A DNA stretch of 64,000 nucleotides, from positions 10,658-74,657 of the forward strand of contig JAAYQF010000011.1 in NCBI GenBank assembly GCA_012519425.1, given 5' to 3'. Numbering within the stretch: position 1 is the stretch's first letter; every line of letters begins with the position of its first letter. Source of the DNA: Bacteroidales bacterium. Its GTDB lineage: Bacteria; Bacteroidota; Bacteroidia; Bacteroidales; Paludibacteraceae. Positions 58,473 to 64,000 of this stretch are shown here, piece by piece. Under the pieces are notes generated by a model that searched no databases, was not told the origin of the DNA, and saw only the letters and a program-made list of their open reading frames with translations. Both the position numbers and the translations under genes were made by a program.

Positions 58473-61400
58473 ATGATTCAATTCTTTCAAGCTCCTTCGC
58501 AACAGGTTTACGCTGTACAGTCAGCAAGTGCTTTAACAACAACTGATATTCAAAAACTACAATGGCTTTTTGGTAATGCCCGTTTGATTGACTCACAAGA
58601 AATTAAAGGCGATTTTGTGGGTTTTTCACGGGAAATGATCACGCCATGGGGTAGTACAGCTACAGAAATTGCACACAACATTGGTATATGTGGTATCGAG
58701 CGCATAGAACTTTTTACTCCTTTATCTTTGTCTCAATCATTGATCAATGAGGAAGGGTATGACCCTTTGTTGGAACGTGTTCACAAAGGTTTGAATCAGG
58801 ATGTTTTTGAATTTGACAAACAACCGGACCCAATCATTTACATAGACGATATAGCTGCTTATAATGAGCAGGAAGGTCTGGCTTTGAGTGAAGATGAGGT
58901 AGAGTATCTGAATGAGGTCAGTAAAATTGTTGGAAGAAAATTAACGGATTCTGAGGTGTTCGGTTTTTCACAAGTTAACTCCGAGCATTGTCGTCATAAA
59001 ATATTCAATGGTCAATTTGTGATTGATGGGGAAGAAAAGGAATTTTCTCTTTTTAAACTGATACGTCAAACTTCTGAAGAAAACCCCAACCAAATAGTAT
59101 CTGCATACAAAGACAATGTGGCATTTATATCCGGGCCTTCCATTGAACAGTTTGCTCCTAAAACGGGCGACAAGCCTGATGTGTACACAACCAAGGAGAT
59201 AGAATCCGTTTTGTCCCTTAAGGCTGAAACACATAATTTCCCTACTACGGTGGAGCCCTTTAACGGTGGTGCAACGGGTAGCGGCGGCGAGATACGCGAC
59301 CGTATGGGTGGAGGTAAAGCATCTGTGCCCTTAGCCGGTATTTCTGTTTATATGACCTCTTATACCCGCAATTCATTAATTGCTGATCCCTATTTTAAAA
59401 CTAATATTAGAAAGCCTTGGGAAGCAGCCATTCAACCCAGAAAATGGTTATATCAAACCCCAGAGCAAATTTTGATCAAAGCTTCCAACGGAGCTTCGGA
59501 TTATGGAAACAAACACGGTCAGCCTTTAATTTGTGGTTCGCTGGTTACATTTGAGCATGAAGAGAACAACAAGCAATACGGATTTGATAAGGTGATCATG
59601 ATGGCGGGCGGAATCGGCTTTGCCAACAGTAGAGATGCCATGAAGGGTGAGCCTGAAGTTGGTGACAAGGTTGTGGTGCTTGGTGGTGATAATTATCGCA
59701 TTGGTATGGGTGGCGGTGCCGGATCGTCTGTTGATACCGGTCATTTTGATAATGAGGTGGAGTTAAATGCCATCCAACGCTCTAATCCTGAGTTGCAAAA
59801 GCGGGTGGCCAATGTGATACGTGCATTGGTTGAAGCTGAAAGAAATCCGGTGATTTCCATCCACGACCACGGAGCCGGCGGTCATCTCAATTGTTTGTCG
59901 GAGTTGGTTGAAACTACCGGTGGTAAAATTGATATGTCAAAATTGCCTATCGGAGATCCGACTTTAAGTGCCAAAGAGATCATTGCCAATGAAAGCCAGG
60001 AACGCATGGGCTTATTGGTAAAGCCGGAAGATTTGGATATGCTGCAAAAAATCGCAGATCGCGAACAAGCGCCGATGTATGTGGTAGGAGAAACTACCGG
60101 TGACATGCATTTCTCTTTCGAACAGGCTGATGGTCAGAAACCCATCGACTTGCAGTTGGAATACATGTTCGGTAAATCGCCCAAGACCGTTATGACTGAC
60201 GAGACCACAGAGGAAAGTTTCGCACCGGTTGCATGGAGTGATGATCAACTGCAAACTTATATTGAAAATGTTTTGCAGCTCGAATCGGTAGCTTGTAAAG
60301 ATTGGTTGACCAATAAGGTGGATCGTTCGGTTACCGGTAAGGTTGCCCGTCAGCAGTGCCTGGGAGAAATCCAACTGCCCTTAAGCGATTTGGGCGTTGT
60401 GGCACTTGATTATCGTGGAAAAGCCGGTGTGGCAACCGCTATTGGTCATGCTCCCATCGCAGCCATCATTGATGCGGAAGCAGGTTCGGTCCTGGCTGTT
60501 GCCGAGGCGCTGACCAATATTGTTTGGACACCCTTGAAATATGGCATCAAATCGGTTTCATTGAGTGCTAACTGGATGTGGCCCTGCAAAAATCCGGGTG
60601 AAGATGCACGCTTGTATCAAGCGGTTGAATCTTGCAGTCAGTTTGCACGCGCCTTAGAAATCAATATTCCTACAGGAAAAGATTCTCTTTCCATGACACA
60701 AAAGTATGGTGAAGATAAGGTTTTTTCTCCAGGAACAGTGATTATCACGGCAGTTGCCGAAGTGTCGGATGTGCAAAAAACAGTCAGTCCCGTCTTGGTA
60801 AATGATCCGGATACTTCCATTTATTATATTGATTTTTCATTTGATATACAAAAACTCGGCGGTTCGGCATTGGCACAGACCATGAATAAAATCGGATACG
60901 AAGTGCCGACTATCAAAGATCCCGAATACTTTAAATCTGCTTTTGCAGCCGTTCAGGAATTGGTTTCCAAAGAATTAGTGCTTGCGGGACATGATATCTC
61001 CGAAGGAGGAATGTTTACTGCCTTATTAGAGATGTGTTTTGCCAATACACAGGGTGGACTTTCAGTCAATTTGGATGATTTAAAAGAAAAATCTTTGATC
61101 GTTAATCTTTTCGCTGAAAATCCGGGTGTATTGATTCAGGTGAAAGACAAACAGGAAGTTGAAAAGATTCTGAATGCTCATGGTATTGGCTATGCCATTC
61201 TTGCGAAGCCGATAGCAGAAAGAAGGATAGACATTAACAAGAAAAAGCAAGCCTACAGTTTTTCTATTGATGCCTTGAGAGATTTATGGTACCGTTCTTC
61301 CTATTTGTTAGATAAAAAACAAAGCGGAGAAAAACACGCCTGGATGCGTTATCAGAATTATAAGAATCAACCCCTTAGCTTCAATTTCAAGAATGATTTT

Positions 61401-62201
61401 CAAGGTACTTTGTCCCAATTCGATTTAAGTTTCGAACCTAAACCAACAGGTATAAAAGCTGCCGTGATTCGCGAGAAGGGTTCAAGCGGAGAAAGGGAAC
61501 TTGCCTATGCGCTTTATTTAGCCGGTTTTGAGGTTAAAGATGTGCATATGACCGATTTGGTGTCGGGGCGCGAAACCCTTGAAGACGTTCAAATGATTGT
61601 GTTCAGCGGCGGTTCTTCCAATGCCGACGTATTTGGTTCCGGCAAAGGATGGGCAGGAAGATTTTTATACAATGAAAAAGCGAAGAAAGCATTGGATGCA
61701 TTCTACAAAAGAACGGATACCTTGAGTTTCGGTGTAGGAGACGGTTGCAGCCTGATGCTCAGACTTGGTTTGATCACTCCGAATGGTGATGCTGTACCTG
61801 AAATTTTACCGAATGATTCAGCTAAATATGAATCGGCCTTTGTGGGTGTTGCCATTCCTGAAAACCAATCAATTATGTTAAGTAGCTTGTCGAACAGCCA
61901 ATTAGGAGCCTGGATATCCCATGATCAAGGAAAATTTAAATTCCCCAAAACGGTTCATGCCTGGCAAGTGGTCGCTAAATATGCATACGAGGAATATCCT
62001 GCCAATCCCAACGGTTCGGAAGATGCCGTTGCGGGGATTTGTTCAGCAGACGGACGCCATTTGGCAGTTATGATCCATATTGAACGTGGGCTATTCCCGT
62101 GGCAGTGGGCACATTACCCGGCAAACAGGAAAAAAACTGATCAAATTACCCCTTGGGTGGAAGCGTTTGTAAATGCCCGCAAGTGGATCGAAAAGCATTG
62201 A
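58473..62201 (+). CDS. purL: Phosphoribosylformylglycinamidine synthase (large PurL) with degenerate glutaminase domain
   Basis: NSEHCRH, KAETHNFP, HDHGAGG, GKDSLSM intact; GATase nucleophile reads GVGDG; -7 box TAACTTTG at 58445-58452. Confidence 0.95.
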   Translation: MIQFFQAPSQQVYAVQSASALTTTDIQKLQWLFGNARLIDSQEIKGDFVGFSREMITPWGSTATEIAHNIGICGIERIELFTPLSLSQSLINEEGYDPLLERVHKGLNQDVFEFDKQPDPIIYIDDIAAYNEQEGLALSEDEVEYLNEVSKIVGRKLTDSEVFGFSQVNSEHCRHKIFNGQFVIDGEEKEFSLFKLIRQTSEENPNQIVSAYKDNVAFISGPSIEQFAPKTGDKPDVYTTKEIESVLSLKAETHNFPTTVEPFNGGATGSGGEIRDRMGGGKASVPLAGISVYMTSYTRNSLIADPYFKTNIRKPWEAAIQPRKWLYQTPEQILIKASNGASDYGNKHGQPLICGSLVTFEHEENNKQYGFDKVIMMAGGIGFANSRDAMKGEPEVGDKVVVLGGDNYRIGMGGGAGSSVDTGHFDNEVELNAIQRSNPELQKRVANVIRALVEAERNPVISIHDHGAGGHLNCLSELVETTGGKIDMSKLPIGDPTLSAKEIIANESQERMGLLVKPEDLDMLQKIADREQAPMYVVGETTGDMHFSFEQADGQKPIDLQLEYMFGKSPKTVMTDETTEESFAPVAWSDDQLQTYIENVLQLESVACKDWLTNKVDRSVTGKVARQQCLGEIQLPLSDLGVVALDYRGKAGVATAIGHAPIAAIIDAEAGSVLAVAEALTNIVWTPLKYGIKSVSLSANWMWPCKNPGEDARLYQAVESCSQFARALEINIPTGKDSLSMTQKYGEDKVFSPGTVIITAVAEVSDVQKTVSPVLVNDPDTSIYYIDFSFDIQKLGGSALAQTMNKIGYEVPTIKDPEYFKSAFAAVQELVSKELVLAGHDISEGGMFTALLEMCFANTQGGLSVNLDDLKEKSLIVNLFAENPGVLIQVKDKQEVEKILNAHGIGYAILAKPIAERRIDINKKKQAYSFSIDALRDLWYRSSYLLDKKQSGEKHAWMRYQNYKNQPLSFNFKNDFQGTLSQFDLSFEPKPTGIKAAVIREKGSSGERELAYALYLAGFEVKDVHMTDLVSGRETLEDVQMIVFSGGSSNADVFGSGKGWAGRFLYNEKAKKALDAFYKRTDTLSFGVGDGCSLMLRLGLITPNGDAVPEILPNDSAKYESAFVGVAIPENQSIMLSSLSNSQLGAWISHDQGKFKFPKTVHAWQVVAKYAYEEYPANPNGSEDAVAGICSADGRHLAVMIHIERGLFPWQWAHYPANRKKTDQITPWVEAFVNARKWIEKH

Positions 62202-62354
62202 AATAAAAATTGGTAAATACTGAATTTTTCCTGCTGATTTTTCATTACTTAATAATGTAAATACGCGTTAATAGTTATTAAACCAAGAGTTTAAGACGTT
62301 TTTTTATCGTACATTTGTTTCTCTTTTTGATGAAAATTACTTTAATTAAAATGT

Positions 62355-63350
62355 ATGGAACATACTGTCGATATTCGTGAATTAAACGAAAAAATTGAGA
62401 AGCAAAGTTATTTTGTAGATTCCCTGATGATGGGAATGGATAAGGTCATTGTGGGTCAGCGTCACTTGGTTGAGTCCTTATTAATCGGTTTACTTTCAGA
62501 TGGTCATATTTTATTGGAAGGTGTTCCGGGTTTGGCAAAAACTCTGGCTATCAAGACTCTGTCGGATTTAATTAAAGGAGACTTTAGCAGGGTTCAGTTT
62601 ACACCGGACCTTTTGCCGGCAGACCTTGTAGGGACAATGATTTATAGCCAGCATAGAGAAGAGTTTAACATTCGCAAAGGTCCGATCTTCGCTAATTTAG
62701 TTTTAGCAGATGAGATCAACCGTGCTCCTGCCAAGGTGCAAAGCGCTTTGCTTGAAGCAATGCAGGAACGTCAGGTTACCATAGGCGATGAAACCTACAA
62801 ATTGCCTGAGCCTTTCCTGGTAATGGCAACACAGAATCCCATTGAACAGGAAGGAACATATCCCTTACCTGAAGCTCAGGTTGACCGTTTCATGCTGAAG
62901 GTGGTGATCAGCTACCCAAAAAGGGAAGAAGAAAAGCTTATCATTCGTCAGAATCTGAAAAAAGATAAACCCAAGGTGGACGCCATTCTTTCTCCAAAAG
63001 AAATTATGGAAGCACGCGATGTAGTTCGCCAGGTGTATATTGATGAAAAAATTGAAAAGTACATCATCGATATAGTTTTTGCCACTCGTTTTCCGGAAGA
63101 TTACGGACTGACTTCGCTCAAAGATATGATTGCCTTTGGAGCTTCCCCCCGTGCGTCCATCAATCTTGCTTTGGCAGCAAGGGCTTATGCATTTATAAAA
63201 CGGCGTGGATATGTAATTCCCGAAGATGTACGTGCAGTATGTTATGATGTGTTGCGTCATCGCATTGGCTTGAGTTACGAAGCAGAAGCCAACAACATGA
63301 CCTCTGATGAAATCATTACCGAAATTTTGAATTCTGTAGAAGTTCCCTAA
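62355..63350 (+). CDS. moxR: MoxR family AAA+ ATPase
   Basis: GVPGLAKT, QFTPDLLPAD, ADEINRAP, ATQNPIEQEGTY; -7 box TACATTTG at 62310-62317. Confidence 0.95.
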   Translation: MEHTVDIRELNEKIEKQSYFVDSLMMGMDKVIVGQRHLVESLLIGLLSDGHILLEGVPGLAKTLAIKTLSDLIKGDFSRVQFTPDLLPADLVGTMIYSQHREEFNIRKGPIFANLVLADEINRAPAKVQSALLEAMQERQVTIGDETYKLPEPFLVMATQNPIEQEGTYPLPEAQVDRFMLKVVISYPKREEEKLIIRQNLKKDKPKVDAILSPKEIMEARDVVRQVYIDEKIEKYIIDIVFATRFPEDYGLTSLKDMIAFGASPRASINLALAARAYAFIKRRGYVIPEDVRAVCYDVLRHRIGLSYEAEANNMTSDEIITEILNSVEVP

Positions 63351-63357
63351 AAAATAG

Positions 63358-64000
63358 ATGGAAACTAGTGAAATCATAAAGAAAGTAAGAAAGATTGAAA
63401 TCAAAACACGTGGTCTTTCCAATCACATTTTTGCCGGAGAATATCATTCAGCTTTCAAAGGAAGGGGTATGACCTTTTCAGAAGTTCGTGAATATCAATA
63501 CGGTGATGATGTGCGATCAATCGATTGGAACGTGACTGCGCGTTTTGCACATCCTTATATCAAAGTATTTGAGGAAGAAAGAGAGCTGACGGTGATGCTG
63601 TTGATAGATGTTTCGGGAAGCCGTGTTTTTGGTACGGTGTCTCAATATAAAATGGATATTTTCACAGAAGTGGCCGCCGTGCTTGCTTTCTCGACCATTC
63701 ACAACAATGATAAAGTAGGTGTGATATTTTTTTCCGATAAAATTGAGAAATTCATACCACCCAAAAAAGGACGCAAGCACGTTTTGCACATCATTCGGGA
63801 AATGATTGATTTCAAGCCTGAAAGTAAGCAAACTGATATAGCCGAAGCCTTGCGTTATTTTACCAATGCCATTAAAAAGAGGTCGACTGCATTTATCATT
63901 TCAGATTTTATAGATGATGATTTTGAGAAAGAACTTACCATTGCCAATAAAAAACATGATGTGGTAGCTTTGCAAGTGTATGATATCAGGGAAACAGAAA
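63358..64000 (+). CDS. DUF58 domain protein (3' partial)
   Basis: METSEIIKKVRKIEIKTR, FKGRGMTFSEVREY, IDWNVTAR, EEERELT; follows moxR as in Bat-type operons. Confidence 0.92.
   Translation, partial: METSEIIKKVRKIEIKTRGLSNHIFAGEYHSAFKGRGMTFSEVREYQYGDDVRSIDWNVTARFAHPYIKVFEEERELTVMLLIDVSGSRVFGTVSQYKMDIFTEVAAVLAFSTIHNNDKVGVIFFSDKIEKFIPPKKGRKHVLHIIREMIDFKPESKQTDIAEALRYFTNAIKKRSTAFIISDFIDDDFEKELTIANKKHDVVALQVYDIRETE

Noticed and set aside
192-63831. Numerous 60-185 aa ORFs antisense or out of frame to well-supported genes
   Set aside because: Shadow ORFs fully overlapping conserved housekeeping genes, with no motifs or initiation signals.
1-64000. tRNA, rRNA, riboswitch, transposase, integrase or RT genes
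   Set aside because: No T-loop or cloverleaf, rRNA-like sequence, or DDE/HUH/RT/tyrosine-recombinase motifs recognised by eye; the enzyme acting on the repeat system, if any, must lie outside this window.

Overview
A 64-kb stretch of a Bacteroidales chromosome (about 40% GC by eye, with TAnnTTTG -7 promoter boxes and a T9SS-type C-terminal domain). It is mostly housekeeping genes: meaB, pdxJ-exbB-exbD-tonB-DJ-1, nadK-murI-murF/alr, pcm-nnr, dps, hsp20, lptG, uvrD, tcdA, tpiA-radA, truA, rpmE2, uvrA, rplY-pth-hslR, rfbACD, pheT, hisG-coaX-lptC, metA-bcp, purL and the start of a MoxR/DUF58 operon. I found no tRNA, rRNA, CRISPR array, transposase or integrase. The unusual content is mostly intergenic. 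Nine loci carry parts of one modular, directional repeat system. (i) Three 290-380 bp mosaics of tandem 7-, 8- and 9-mers share a module order (24.5, 40.7 and 46.6 kb). (ii) A roughly 240-bp structured element (14.9 kb) has a nested rod and a 3' pseudoknot with triplex potential and compensatory changes between copies; deleted derivatives lie at 8.9, 12.4 and 35.9 kb. (iii) Two roughly 110-125 bp MITE-like elements bounded by inverted repeats lie at 27.0 and 30.3 kb. All three classes share a GC-rich NGKTCCG heptamer module. At the protein level, PurL has an intact synthetase domain but a degenerate glutaminase site (catalytic Cys replaced by Gly). An accessory lipoprotein has an acidic pro-region and a bacteriocin-like hydrophobic C-terminus. 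A 57-aa acidic lipoprotein is missing from the ORF track.
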